A DNA stretch of 64,000 nucleotides from Polyangiales bacterium (GCA_044229975.1 JBGARZ010000003.1:128001-192000); one strand, 5' to 3'. Numbered from the stretch's first letter, positions 41,393 to 51,240 are shown. Translations and numbers: made by a program. Notes: generated by a model not told the origin, from the sequence alone.

Positions 41393-43110
41393 CCGCGCTC
41401 GCGCAGGACCTCGAACACCCTCACCGGCTGCGCGATGCCCTTCGGCGAGATGGGCTCCAGCTCACGCACATCGAAGTAGTCGTTGACCATGCTCAGCGTG
41501 TCTTCCGACAAGAGGATCTGCATGCCCTTGGCGGCCGAGCAGAGGCGCGCGGCGAGGTTCACGGGCGCGCCGATCACCGTGTACTGCATGGCTTTCGAGC
41601 TGCCGATGTAGCCCGCGACGACCTCGCCGGTGTTGATGCCGACGCCGATCTCGAAGCTGGGCAGGCCCTTCGCTTCGCGTTCCTGGTTGAAGCGCCGCAG
41701 CTCTTCGAGCATCGCGAGGGCGCACTGCACCGCGCGCACGGGGTCGTTGGTGCTCGACACGGGCGCGCCGAAGAGCGCCATGATCTCGTCGCCCACGAAC
41801 TTGTCGAGCGTCCCCTCGAAGCGGAACACGATCTCCACCATGCGCTCGAAGTAGTCGTTGAGCATCGCGACGATGTCCTCGGCGCGCATCTCCTCGGAGC
41901 GCGACGTGAACCCGCGGATGTCCGTGAAGAGCATGGTCGTCACGCGCGGCTCGCCGCCCTGCTTCACCTCGACCTTGCCCGACACCACGAGCTCGGCGAT
42001 GGCCGGCGACAAGAGCCGCTGGAAGCGCGCCCGCGCGAGGGCCTCCTGCTCGATGCGCCGCGCGAGGGCCGCGTTGGCGATGAAGAGCGCCGCCTGGTTG
42101 GCGATGTTGGTGAAGAGTTGGAGATCCTTCTCGCCGAACGCGTTGGGGTTCTGCGAGTCGACCATCATCACGCCGAGCAGCTCGGTCTTGTACATGAGCG
42201 GCACCGCCATCGAACTGCGGATGCCCGTCATGATGATGGACTTCGACTCGGAGAAGCGCGGGTCGACCTTGGCGTCGCTGGAAAGCACCGCGACGCGCTC
42301 CTTGACCACCTGACCGACGACCGCGCGCGACGCGACGAACTCCTCCGGCCCGGCGCGCTTGGCTCGCGAGCAGCGGGGCTTGAGCTCCTCGTCCTCGAAG
42401 AGAAGAATCACCCCCCGGTCGGCCGACAGCAGATCGAACGAGCGCTCAAGGATCTTCTCCAGCAGGCGATCGAGATCGAGCTCGGCGCCGATGGCGCGCT
42501 GGAGTTCGTACGAGATGCGGAGCTTCTCGTAGTCGCGGCGCAGCACCTCCACGTCCTGCAACGAGCGCTCGGGGAGAAACTGCTGCATCTCCGCGGCGAT
42601 CTTCGTGCGGACGTGCGACTCCATCATCGCGCCGCCGATGGTCACGTTGCGCACGGCCTGCAACGGCGGAGCGGCGACCGGCGCGGTCGGCATCATGGGC
42701 GGTGGGCCCGAGCGCGGCGGCGCGCCGATGGGAATGGAGCCCGACGAGTTGCTCCGCTGGAGCGGCGACGGAAACATCGGCGGCGCCTGCGACGCGACCA
42801 TCGCCGGGGGCGTCGCCTGCACCACGCCGACGTCCTGGAAGACCGCGCGCGTGTTGCCGAGCGCGATCTGATCGCCGTTCGACAGAAACGACTCCCCCGC
42901 CACGCGCTGCTCGTTGACGTAGGTGCCGTTGAGCGAGCCGAGGTCGCGCAGCACCCACCGGCTGCCGCGCAGCTCGACGATGCAGTGCTCCTTCGACACG
43001 ATGCGGTCGAGGAGCTGGATGGAGTTGTTCGGGTGGCGACCGAGCGAGTTTACCGTCGCAAGGTCTCGCTCCTGAGGACCGTCCGGCCCGATGATCACCA
43101 GCTTCGCCAT
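41389..43110 (-). CDS. FHA-GAF-class III adenylate cyclase
   Basis: FHA GR/SKEH/NGT; GAF; FTDIRGFT, DKFVGD, YTVIGAPVNLAARL (Lys/Thr pair of bacterial ATP-specific cyclases). Confidence 0.92.
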   Translation of the reverse strand: MAKLVIIGPDGPQERDLATVNSLGRHPNNSIQLLDRIVSKEHCIVELRGSRWVLRDLGSLNGTYVNEQRVAGESFLSNGDQIALGNTRAVFQDVGVVQATPPAMVASQAPPMFPSPLQRSNSSGSIPIGAPPRSGPPPMMPTAPVAAPPLQAVRNVTIGGAMMESHVRTKIAAEMQQFLPERSLQDVEVLRRDYEKLRISYELQRAIGAELDLDRLLEKILERSFDLLSADRGVILLFEDEELKPRCSRAKRAGPEEFVASRAVVGQVVKERVAVLSSDAKVDPRFSESKSIIMTGIRSSMAVPLMYKTELLGVMMVDSQNPNAFGEKDLQLFTNIANQAALFIANAALARRIEQEALARARFQRLLSPAIAELVVSGKVEVKQGGEPRVTTMLFTDIRGFTSRSEEMRAEDIVAMLNDYFERMVEIVFRFEGTLDKFVGDEIMALFGAPVSSTNDPVRAVQCALAMLEELRRFNQEREAKGLPSFEIGVGINTGEVVAGYIGSSKAMQYTVIGAPVNLAARLCSAAKGMQILLSEDTLSMVNDYFDVRELEPISPKGIAQPVRVFEVLRERG

Positions 43111-43182
43111 GGCCTCGATGCGCGTCGATCCCGCGGACTCGACACTATGCCGCCCCCCGTGAAATTGCCACCGCGCTGACGA

Positions 43183-44643
43183 TCACTGCGCCGCCACGCC
43201 GACCGCGGCCATGCCTTGCCGGATCAGGTCGGCGCGCATGCCGTACTTGAAGTTCGAGCCGCGGTTGACCTCCACCTCACGGCGCTGACCGTTGGTCGGA
43301 TCCACCACGATCTGCCGCTCGTCGTCGGCGAGGCTGCCCGCGTTGATGCCCACCACGCTGCCGCTCGGCAGGAAGATCGGGCTGCCCGACGAGCCCCCGG
43401 AGGTCTGCGCGCTGTGCTGTAGCTTCTGGGCCGCGGCGGGCAGGGCGTTGCCGTCCTGGAAATCCGTCACCCGGTTGATGAGCCCGAGGGTGATGGTCGC
43501 CACTGGGGAACTCTCGTTCATGGTCATCCCAGGGAAGCCGTACACGAACACCGCGTCGCCCTCGTGCAGCGCGAAGAGCTCGGCGTCCGTGGCGAGCCTC
43601 GCAAAGGACGGGAGCGTCCCGGTCACGCGCATGAGCCCGACGTCGTACCCGGTGCCCCCGCGCGAGAAGCGCGCGTCGCGAAAGCGCGCGTCCATGTACA
43701 CGGGCCTCGCGGCGAGCGCGTTGCCGGGCGCCTTGTTGCGCAGCGCGACGATCTGCGACCCGCGAGCGATCTCCTCGTTGGCCACCCGCACGCAGTGGGC
43801 GTTGGTCGCGATGAGCACGCGCGTCACCGCGAAGCCCGTGCAGAAGCCTTGCGTCCGAGCCGTCCCCGGGCGCTGATAGGCGAGCAGGTAGATGGTGTTC
43901 TCGTTGGCCGCAGCGAGGCGCGCGCCCACGTTGCTCGGGTCGCCCGACGGCACCCGCGGAGCCTCGGTGGACTCTGCGTCGTGCGCGCGATCGATAACGA
44001 AGAATGCGCCGAGCGCGACGGCCGTGATGACCAGGCCTGACAGCAGCGCGACCATCACCTTGAGCCCGGTGTGCCTGGGCCGACGCGCGTCCGACGCCTG
44101 GATGGCCTGGTCGATCATCATCGCGACGGTGCGCCGCCCCACCTGCGCGCCTGCGGGCATCGCCGCCACCGCAGCCTGCCCCACGGATACGTCACCACGC
44201 GCCGCTGGCATCGCGGAGGCGGGCGGCATCACCTGCGCCGGAGGCATGGCATGCGCGACGGGCATCGCCACCGTGCTCGCGACCGGCGCCGCCGGCTTGA
44301 ACGCCGCGAAGGGCGCGGGCTCCGACGACATCGCGGGCATTGGGAGCTCCACGCGAAACCGCGGCCCCGCGTTGCCCAGTAGCAGGATGTCCCCCGCGCG
44401 CACCGGCCGCTGTTGTACCCGCGAGCCGTTGATGAAGGTTCCGTTGCGGCTCCCGAGGTCGCTCACGACCCAGGCACCGTTCTGGAGTGTGAGCTCGCAG
44501 TGTCGCCCCGAGGCGTCGAGGTCTTGATGCGGGTCGAGCGCGAGCTCGTTGTCGGGCGATCGACCGATGCGAACCCGGTCGCCGTCGAAGATCCAGAGTC
44601 GGCCCGCCTCCGCGCCGCTCTCCTGCAACAACCGGATCTCCAC
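43183..44643 (-). CDS. FHA-TM-trypsin-like serine protease
   Basis: FHA IGR/SGRH/SRNGT; TM helix; catalytic triad TNAHC, DVGL, GSSGSP. Confidence 0.9.
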   Translation of the reverse strand: MEIRLLQESGAEAGRLWIFDGDRVRIGRSPDNELALDPHQDLDASGRHCELTLQNGAWVVSDLGSRNGTFINGSRVQQRPVRAGDILLLGNAGPRFRVELPMPAMSSEPAPFAAFKPAAPVASTVAMPVAHAMPPAQVMPPASAMPAARGDVSVGQAAVAAMPAGAQVGRRTVAMMIDQAIQASDARRPRHTGLKVMVALLSGLVITAVALGAFFVIDRAHDAESTEAPRVPSGDPSNVGARLAAANENTIYLLAYQRPGTARTQGFCTGFAVTRVLIATNAHCVRVANEEIARGSQIVALRNKAPGNALAARPVYMDARFRDARFSRGGTGYDVGLMRVTGTLPSFARLATDAELFALHEGDAVFVYGFPGMTMNESSPVATITLGLINRVTDFQDGNALPAAAQKLQHSAQTSGGSSGSPIFLPSGSVVGINAGSLADDERQIVVDPTNGQRREVEVNRGSNFKYGMRADLIRQGMAAVGVAAQ

Positions 44644-44678
44644 GTTGGTCCCGATGCTACACCGCGCGTCTTGCGGCG

Positions 44679-46130
44679 TCAGTCCTGCGCGGTGACGTCG
44701 ACCGCGGGCGCGGCGGCGTCGGAGGTCGTCGCATCACCCCACGACGGCGCCGGGACCAGCGTCGGCGCGGCGCCACCACCGGCGGTCACTGGCGTCACGG
44801 GGGGAGCATCGACCATCGGCGCGGGCGGGGACTCGCGGGGCGGAGGGCTACCGCGCTGGGTGAGCTTCCAACCGGCAAAGGCGAGGAGCGCGATCACGAC
44901 GACTGCCATGATCCAGGGCACCGGGCCGCCCGACGAGACCGGCAGCACGGGGACCTCATCGTCCGTCCCGTCGGGTGCATGCGCGGTCGACGGTGACCCC
45001 GTGTCGGGATCGTCATGCGAGCGCTCCGAGCGCGTCGGCGGATACGAGTGGGCCTTCTTGACGTCTGAGCCGGGCGGCGGGAGCGCAGGCATCTTCAACG
45101 CCGACGATGCGCTGCCCACGAGCGGCGGCTCGACCGACTCGGACAGCACGAAGGCGTGGTACCCGATGGGCTCGTCGTCCGGTGACGCCGGGGGCAGGTC
45201 GCCCTCGAAGCGCGCCACCACGACGGTGATGTTGTCGTGCCCACCCGCGTCGTTGGCCGCGTCGATGAGCCGCTGGCAGCACTCATCGGGGTCGTCGGTC
45301 TCGGCGAGGGCCTCCGCGATCTGCTCGTGCGTTGCGAGCCCCGAGAGACCGTCGGAGCACAGCATCAGCGCATCGCCGTGCCGCAGCTCGATGAACGACA
45401 GGTCGACGGACACCGCGTCGGCCGTACCTAGCGCCTGCAGGATGATGTGCGCGTGCTCGTAGCTCTCGGCCTGCTCTTCGGTGAGGCGCCCGGCCTCGAT
45501 GAGCTTGGAGACGAGCGACTGATCCTTGGTGATCTGCCGCAGTTTGCCGCCGCGGTAGAGGTAGGCGCGGGAGTCGCCGACCTGACCGACGAAGAGCGTC
45601 GAGCCAAAGACCCCGGCGACCGTCGAGGTCGTGCCCATCCCGTGCTGGTTGCGATTGGTCTTGGCGGCCAGGAAGATGCGCGCGCCGGCCTCCTGCACCG
45701 CGGTCACCAGCGTCTGCGCGAACTCGTCGACGTCTTCGGGCGCCGAGCTGTCCTGCATGATCGTGTGGATGACGTCGACGGCCATCTGGCTGGCGATCTC
45801 GCCGGCGAGCGCGCCGCCCATGCCGTCGCACACCGCGAGCAGCAACCCGCGATCGCCCACCGATACGGTCGAACCGACGTCGTCGCCGCCGCGCTTCTCG
45901 CGGGTGAGGTCGGCGAGCACGAGGTTGTCTTCGTTGTGGTCGCGGATGCGGCCGACGTCCGTCGCCCCGGCAAGGCGGAGCGACACGACCCTCGGCGCGG
46001 GCGGCGCGACCGTCGTCGGCGGCGCGGGCATCGACATCGCGAGGTCACTGACGGTCACTGCGGGCGCATCGGCAGCGGCGTCCGGCGCGGGCGTGCTCTG
46101 CTCGGGCTCAGCGCCCTCGGTCTCACTCAT
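44679..46130 (-). CDS. PP2C-family Ser/Thr phosphatase with C-terminal TM helix
   Basis: RDHNED, DGMGG, GDSRAY, CSDGL, DNIT. Confidence 0.93.
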   Translation of the reverse strand: MSETEGAEPEQSTPAPDAAADAPAVTVSDLAMSMPAPPTTVAPPAPRVVSLRLAGATDVGRIRDHNEDNLVLADLTREKRGGDDVGSTVSVGDRGLLLAVCDGMGGALAGEIASQMAVDVIHTIMQDSSAPEDVDEFAQTLVTAVQEAGARIFLAAKTNRNQHGMGTTSTVAGVFGSTLFVGQVGDSRAYLYRGGKLRQITKDQSLVSKLIEAGRLTEEQAESYEHAHIILQALGTADAVSVDLSFIELRHGDALMLCSDGLSGLATHEQIAEALAETDDPDECCQRLIDAANDAGGHDNITVVVARFEGDLPPASPDDEPIGYHAFVLSESVEPPLVGSASSALKMPALPPPGSDVKKAHSYPPTRSERSHDDPDTGSPSTAHAPDGTDDEVPVLPVSSGGPVPWIMAVVVIALLAFAGWKLTQRGSPPPRESPPAPMVDAPPVTPVTAGGGAAPTLVPAPSWGDATTSDAAAPAVDVTAQD

Positions 46131-47416
46131 CGGCCACCACCGCCCTGGGTCCCCTGGGAGACGGAGCCGCGGGGCGACGCGTCGAAGCGGAAGAGGTGAT
46201 GCCCGACGCGGAAGACGTCCCCATCGCCGATCTCCCGCTCGCCGCGAAACAGCACCAGGGTGCCGTTGGAGCTGCCGAGGTCGCGCACCTGCACGCGGCG
46301 CTGCGCGCGGTCGACCTTGAAGGCCACGTGTCGACGCGACAGAAACACGTCGTCGGTGAACACCACGTCACCCGACTCGCGGCCGACCACCGTCTCGTCT
46401 CGGTAGAGGTGGTAGACGTCCCTCGGGATGCCCTCGCTCGTGAGCTGGACGAGGCGTGCGAGGCGGGGCTGCTCGGGCGTGCCAAAGAGCATCACGCCGT
46501 AGTGCATCACCGGCCCGAGGGAGACCTCGCCGTCGTTGAGCACTTCGAGTCGGAGCACCTGCTGCCCGATGAGCACCACGTCGCCGTGCTGGAGGTCGAC
46601 GGGCTCACGCACCCGGTAGAACACCCCGTTGACCGAGCCGAGGTCGCGCAGGAAGTACTTCTCCCCGCGCTTCTGGATGCGCGCGTGCCGCGGCGAAAGG
46701 TAGGGATCGTCGGGCAGCGTGATGTTGCCCTCGAAGCGCCCGATGTCGGTGACCGCGGCGCCGATGCGGTGCACCGGACCCTCGGAGCCATCCTTCAAGA
46801 TGGTGACGAGCTGGGGCCCCGACTGCGCTGCCACCGCGCCGAAGTTGTCGGTACGGTTTTCGAGGCGCGCCGGACTCTCTGTCGCGAGCACGGCGGCAAC
46901 CACTGGAGCGGCCGACGGCGCCATCGGGCGCGACGCGGGGGGAGGCGCGAGCACCGCCAACGAAGCGGGGCTCAACACCGACGCGAGGATGTCGTCCGCG
47001 GGGAGACCGCAGACGCCGCAGAAGGACATTGAACGGTCGAAGCCGGTGCCGCAGCGTGGGCAGTGCACGGGCCCCTGCGGCGTTGCGGGAGCCGCCGCCG
47101 CGGGAGGCGCGACGACCGGAGCGGGAGAAGGCGGCGGAGCGAGAGCGACCGGCGCGGCGGGAGCTGCTTCACCGGGGGCGCGGAGGTCGTAGCCGCACAT
47201 CCGGCAGAAGCGGACACCGGGTGGGTTGTCGACGCCGCAACGCGGGCAGTGGTCGAGCGAGGCGGCCGCGGCGACCGGCGCTGGACCAACGGGCGGCGGG
47301 GCGAAGGGCCCTGCCTGGGGAACAGCGATGTTGGCGGTCTCGCGGAGCTTGTGACCGCAGTCGAGGCAGTACACTGCACTCGCTGGATTCACCCGCCCGC
47401 AGTTCGAGCACTGCAT
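46127..47416 (-). CDS. Triple zinc-ribbon + tandem FHA protein
   Basis: Three CxxC...CxxC ribbons; two FHA domains (IGR/SPRH/NG and VGR/SRRH/NGT). Confidence 0.9.
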   Translation of the reverse strand: MQCSNCGRVNPASAVYCLDCGHKLRETANIAVPQAGPFAPPPVGPAPVAAAASLDHCPRCGVDNPPGVRFCRMCGYDLRAPGEAAPAAPVALAPPPSPAPVVAPPAAAAPATPQGPVHCPRCGTGFDRSMSFCGVCGLPADDILASVLSPASLAVLAPPPASRPMAPSAAPVVAAVLATESPARLENRTDNFGAVAAQSGPQLVTILKDGSEGPVHRIGAAVTDIGRFEGNITLPDDPYLSPRHARIQKRGEKYFLRDLGSVNGVFYRVREPVDLQHGDVVLIGQQVLRLEVLNDGEVSLGPVMHYGVMLFGTPEQPRLARLVQLTSEGIPRDVYHLYRDETVVGRESGDVVFTDDVFLSRRHVAFKVDRAQRRVQVRDLGSSNGTLVLFRGEREIGDGDVFRVGHHLFRFDASPRGSVSQGTQGGGGR

Positions 47417-47492
47417 GACGAGGGAGATTGGACACCGCTGCGCCACCCACCGTCAAGCACAACCACGGACCACCCAATGGAGCAGGCGCGGT

Positions 47493-48134
47493 CTACGGTC
47501 CGCGAAAGGTTGCGGTGACGTAGCCGCTGAAGAGCACCGTCGCGACGCCACCATCGCTGCGGCGCACGCCGTCGCCGGTGTCGAAGGGGACGAGGAAGCG
47601 CAGCGCCTCCAGTCGGCCAACGAACCCGAGGCTCACGAAGGGCGTGAGGTAGTAGCTGCCACCCGCCGAGGCGCTGAGTGTGGGGCCGAGCGTGGTCACA
47701 CCGAAGCGCTCGCCGTACGCGGCCACACCACCGCCGACGCCGACGAAGCCCTCGGCGTTGGAGCGCGGGGAGGCATAGACCCACCGGTGCTCGAAGCGCA
47801 CCTGCTGTAGCGTGGCCGACGCGAAGAGGTTGCGCGCGTTGCGCACCGAGAGGTCGTAGCCGACGAGCCACTCGCGCGACGCCGAGATGCGCCGACCGAT
47901 GGCGATGAGGATGCCGCCGCCGCCGCCGAAGGGGCAGACCGTCTGGTCGGAGGGACACAGCGAGTCGGCGTGCAGCATCGCTGACGTGGACAACCCCAGG
48001 ACGATCAAGCGGTGCGAGCGGTACGGGGCCTCGCGCGTGGGCAACAGTCGGTCTTGCGAGAGCGCGGTCGAAGAGTGGAAGGCGAGGCTCGCGGCGAGCG
48101 CGGCGCCGAGTGAACATCTCGCCAGCAGGTGCAC
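47493..48134 (-). CDS. Hypothetical exported small beta-barrel-like protein
   Basis: Signal-like N-terminus, Gly-rich amphipathic strands; start uncertain. Confidence 0.6.
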   Translation of the reverse strand: MHLLARCSLGAALAASLAFHSSTALSQDRLLPTREAPYRSHRLIVLGLSTSAMLHADSLCPSDQTVCPFGGGGGILIAIGRRISASREWLVGYDLSVRNARNLFASATLQQVRFEHRWVYASPRSNAEGFVGVGGGVAAYGERFGVTTLGPTLSASAGGSYYLTPFVSLGFVGRLEALRFLVPFDTGDGVRRSDGGVATVLFSGYVTATFRGP

Positions 48135-48245
48135 GTCCGCGATGATAGAGCCCGCGGCTTCGCGACGACAGCGTGCACGCAGACGAAGCGTTGTTGACAA
48201 CGTCTGCGCGGCTGTGATTGATCCCCTGCGACAGGGAATCAGGCC

Positions 48246-48611
48246 ATGGAAATCCTTCTGGACAAGCGTGCGGTCAAACAGATCCGTCTCTCGGCGCAGG
48301 ACGCCATCGAGGAGGGCGACACCGAGACTCTCCGCGACGACATCCTCGACTCGTTCAGCGAGGATCAGGTCGAAGAGATCGAGCGCCGCATCGACACCGA
48401 CTTCTACGACTTCCTCGGCGATACCCTGGAGGAGTGGTCGGGCGAAGACGTCGACGAGCTGCTCGACCTCCTCGAGTCGCAGCTCGCGGACGTAGGCGTC
48501 GAGCTGAAGTTCGAGTCGGTCGAAGCGGGCGGCGACGACGACGCGGACGACGACTTCGACCCCGACGACGACGACCTCGACACCGAAGAAGCCGTCGACG
48601 ACGAAGACTGA
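48246..48611 (+). CDS. Highly acidic hypothetical protein
   Basis: Typical codon usage; 49 of 121 residues are D/E (hand count); TTGACA at 48194. Confidence 0.85.
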   Translation: MEILLDKRAVKQIRLSAQDAIEEGDTETLRDDILDSFSEDQVEEIERRIDTDFYDFLGDTLEEWSGEDVDELLDLLESQLADVGVELKFESVEAGGDDDADDDFDPDDDDLDTEEAVDDED

Positions 48612-48612
48612 C

Positions 48613-49701
48613 CTACCGCGCCGCGCAGCCTTGGGGCGTCGGCGCGCTCACCCCACAGCCCAGCAGCTCGGCACGCGCCATTCGTGCGAAGCGTCGACAC
48701 GCAAACTCCGTCGCGAGCGTCCGCCACACGCGACACGCCGCCGCCGGGTCAGTGCGTCGACGCAGGGCGGCCTCCTCCCAGAGCGCGTCGTCGCGGCGTA
48801 GCGACGTGGGGTGTTCGGCATACACCTGGTGGTATGCGTCGGCTGCAGCTGCGAGCTCACCCAGATCGTCGCGAAGGATCTCCGCGCGCAGCCACGCTCC
48901 GTCGTCGAAGCGCGGTGCGGCGTAGCTGCCGTTTCCCCACGACGACTCGCGCACGGCGAGCATCCGCTCGATGGCCTGCACCGCTTCCCCCGCCCGCCCC
49001 TGCGCGCGCAGCAGCCGCGCGAGCGCGAGGTGGCCGTCGTCCCAGTGGCTGTTGTTGGGATACGGAACGCGCTCCAACATCCCGCGCCACGCGGCGATCG
49101 CGGCCACCGTGTCGCCGCGTGCCTCAAGTCGGGCTGCACGCGCGGCGAGCACGCTCTCGAGGAGGATGGAGCCCGCCACCCGCGGGACGAGCGCGAGCGT
49201 CTCCAACCAGGCGACAGATCGCGAGCGAGTGGGGTCGTCGGCGTCGAGGGCCCGCAGCGCAAGCCGCAAGGCCCCCAGCGCCGGGCCGGTCTCCGGCGAC
49301 TGCTCGATGAGCGTGCGGAGCTGCTGCATCCCCGACTCGCGCTCGACGCCCACCGACGACCGCAGCGCGAGCGAGGCGAGTTCGAGACGCGCGCGTGGGG
49401 CGTGATCCCAGTCGCTGCCTTCAGACGCCACCTCGGAGAGAAGACGCGCGGTGCAGCGAGCGTCACCGAACCGCCGACACGCCATCGCGGCCCGGTAGCG
49501 GGCGTCGCCCCGGTCGCGTGCCGACAAGGCCTCTTGGGACGCGCGCTCGTAGGCTTGCGCGGCCTCGCCAAAGCGCCCGGCGTGGTAGGCGCGATCGCCT
49601 GCGGCGAGCTGTGTTCGGTACGCGATCGGCGGACGCGCTGCGCACGCCACCACGAGCGCTGCCGGCCCAAGGCACGCGATGGCGGACCAACGAAACGTCA
49701 C
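48613..49701 (-). CDS. TPR lipoprotein
   Basis: VVAC lipobox; TPR-like helices; GTGA overlap with ltaE. Confidence 0.75.
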   Translation of the reverse strand: MTFRWSAIACLGPAALVVACAARPPIAYRTQLAAGDRAYHAGRFGEAAQAYERASQEALSARDRGDARYRAAMACRRFGDARCTARLLSEVASEGSDWDHAPRARLELASLALRSSVGVERESGMQQLRTLIEQSPETGPALGALRLALRALDADDPTRSRSVAWLETLALVPRVAGSILLESVLAARAARLEARGDTVAAIAAWRGMLERVPYPNNSHWDDGHLALARLLRAQGRAGEAVQAIERMLAVRESSWGNGSYAAPRFDDGAWLRAEILRDDLGELAAAADAYHQVYAEHPTSLRRDDALWEEAALRRRTDPAAACRVWRTLATEFACRRFARMARAELLGCGVSAPTPQGCAAR

Positions 49702-50741
49702 GCGATGCTGGCTTCGGCGATGGCGCGCAGCACGGTGCCAGCGTCGCGAGCCGACGGGAGGCTCACGTCGAGGTGGGTCACCGCGCGCACGCGGTGAGGC
49801 CCAAACGCCGACAGCAACACCCCAGCCGCTCGGGCTCGCTCGACGAAGGCGCCAGCGTCGAGACCGCCCTCGGGGGGCAGATCGAACATCACGATGTTGG
49901 TCTGCGGCTCGACGACGGCGATGGCCCGACTTCCGGCGACGGCGGCGGCGAGCGCACGCGCAGACTCATGATCGTCGACGAGGCGATGGACGTGGTGATC
50001 GAGCGCGTAGAGGCCCGCGGCCGCGAGCACGCCTACCTGGCGCATGCCGCCACCCATCCGCTTGCGGAGTCGACGCGCGGCGCGGACGTGGTCGCGGGTA
50101 CCCGCCAGGAGCGATCCGACGGGTGCGCCGAGCCCCTTCGAGAGGCACACGGAGACGGTGTCGGCCCGCAGCGCAACCTCGCGCGGAGAGACGCCGAGGG
50201 CAGCAGCCGCGTTGAAGAGACGCGCGCCGTCGAGGTGAACGGTGAGTCCGAGCGCCTGCGCCTGGGCCATGGCGGACTCCACGAGGGCGAGTTCGATGAC
50301 CCGCCCACCAGCGCGGTTGTGGGTGTTCTCAAGGACGAGCGCTCGGGTCGTCGGGCACCAGTCTACGGTGGGGCGCACCGCGGCGCGCACCTCCGCCGCC
50401 GTGACGGCGCCCTCCCGACCGACGGGGACGAGTTGCACCCCTGCAATCGCGGCGGCGGCGCCGGTCTCGTACCAGAGACAGTGGGCGCCTTCGGCGACAA
50501 GCACCTCCTCGCCGTGCGCCGCGTGGAGCTGGAGCGCGATCTGGTTGGCCATGGTTCCGGACGGGACGAAGAGCGCGGCCTCGCGACCGAGGAGGTCAGC
50601 GACGCGAGCTTCGAGCGCAGCGACGGTGGGGTCTTCTCCAAACACGTCGTCGCCGACGACCGCCTCGGCGATGGCCGAGCGCATGCCGGGGGTTGGGCGG
50701 GTCAGGGTGTCGGAGCGAAGGTCGATCAGAGGAGCTATCAC
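49698..50741 (-). CDS. ltaE: Low-specificity L-threonine aldolase
   Basis: IDLRSDT, GDDVFGEDP, PSGTMAN, HLDGAR, SKGLGAPVGS. Confidence 0.93.
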   Translation of the reverse strand: MIAPLIDLRSDTLTRPTPGMRSAIAEAVVGDDVFGEDPTVAALEARVADLLGREAALFVPSGTMANQIALQLHAAHGEEVLVAEGAHCLWYETGAAAAIAGVQLVPVGREGAVTAAEVRAAVRPTVDWCPTTRALVLENTHNRAGGRVIELALVESAMAQAQALGLTVHLDGARLFNAAAALGVSPREVALRADTVSVCLSKGLGAPVGSLLAGTRDHVRAARRLRKRMGGGMRQVGVLAAAGLYALDHHVHRLVDDHESARALAAAVAGSRAIAVVEPQTNIVMFDLPPEGGLDAGAFVERARAAGVLLSAFGPHRVRAVTHLDVSLPSARDAGTVLRAIAEASIA

Positions 50742-50835
50742 GGGGGCTTTCCTACCGAAACGCGTTGCGACCGCCAACCCGCGCGGTTGGATCTTGCGCG
50801 GCGTCAAAGCTGTGATAGAAGCGGCGCCTCCCTGT

Positions 50836-50907
<72 letters not shown>

Positions 50908-50915
50908 CCGCTTCC

Positions 50916-50949
50916 TGGCCTGACAGCGTCTCTACGCAGTGTCAGGCCA
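50916..50949 (+). terminator. Hairpin downstream of tRNA-Thr
   Basis: 10-bp stem TGGCCTGACA/TGTCAGGCCA with inner GCGT/ACGC; no U-tract. Confidence 0.55.
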
Positions 50950-51004
50950 CAAACTGCTCCAAGCCCGGTCGCCCCTACTATAGGGCGGGAGGCTGGCGTT
51001 TGAG

Positions 51005-51142
51005 GACGCTCGACCGTTCGCCGTCTGTCGCCAATACCCCTCCCCGATGCTCGACCGTCGCTCGGAACCATCGCCGATGGTCCGCCTTGACGCTCGACCA
51101 TCCCCGTCCCCTATCGCCGATACGCTCGGTCGACGCTCGACC
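51005..51142. repeat. Degenerate 43-bp-period direct repeat array
   Basis: GAYGCTCGACC at 51005, 51046, 51089, 51132; TCGCCRAT at 51028, 51071, 51114. Confidence 0.75.
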
Positions 51143-51240
51143 GTCCTCCCCCGGTAGGCGCAACGGGCGTAACGCACGTCGATGTCCCTGAATGCCGCAG
51201 AGCGTCGCAGATTCCGCCTTCTTGTCGGATACCCGAACCC

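Noticed and set aside
51005..51142. CRISPR array interpretation of the periodic repeats
   Set aside because: Conserved boxes are only 8-11 bp, the period is 43 bp, there are only 3-4 units, and no cas genes are present.
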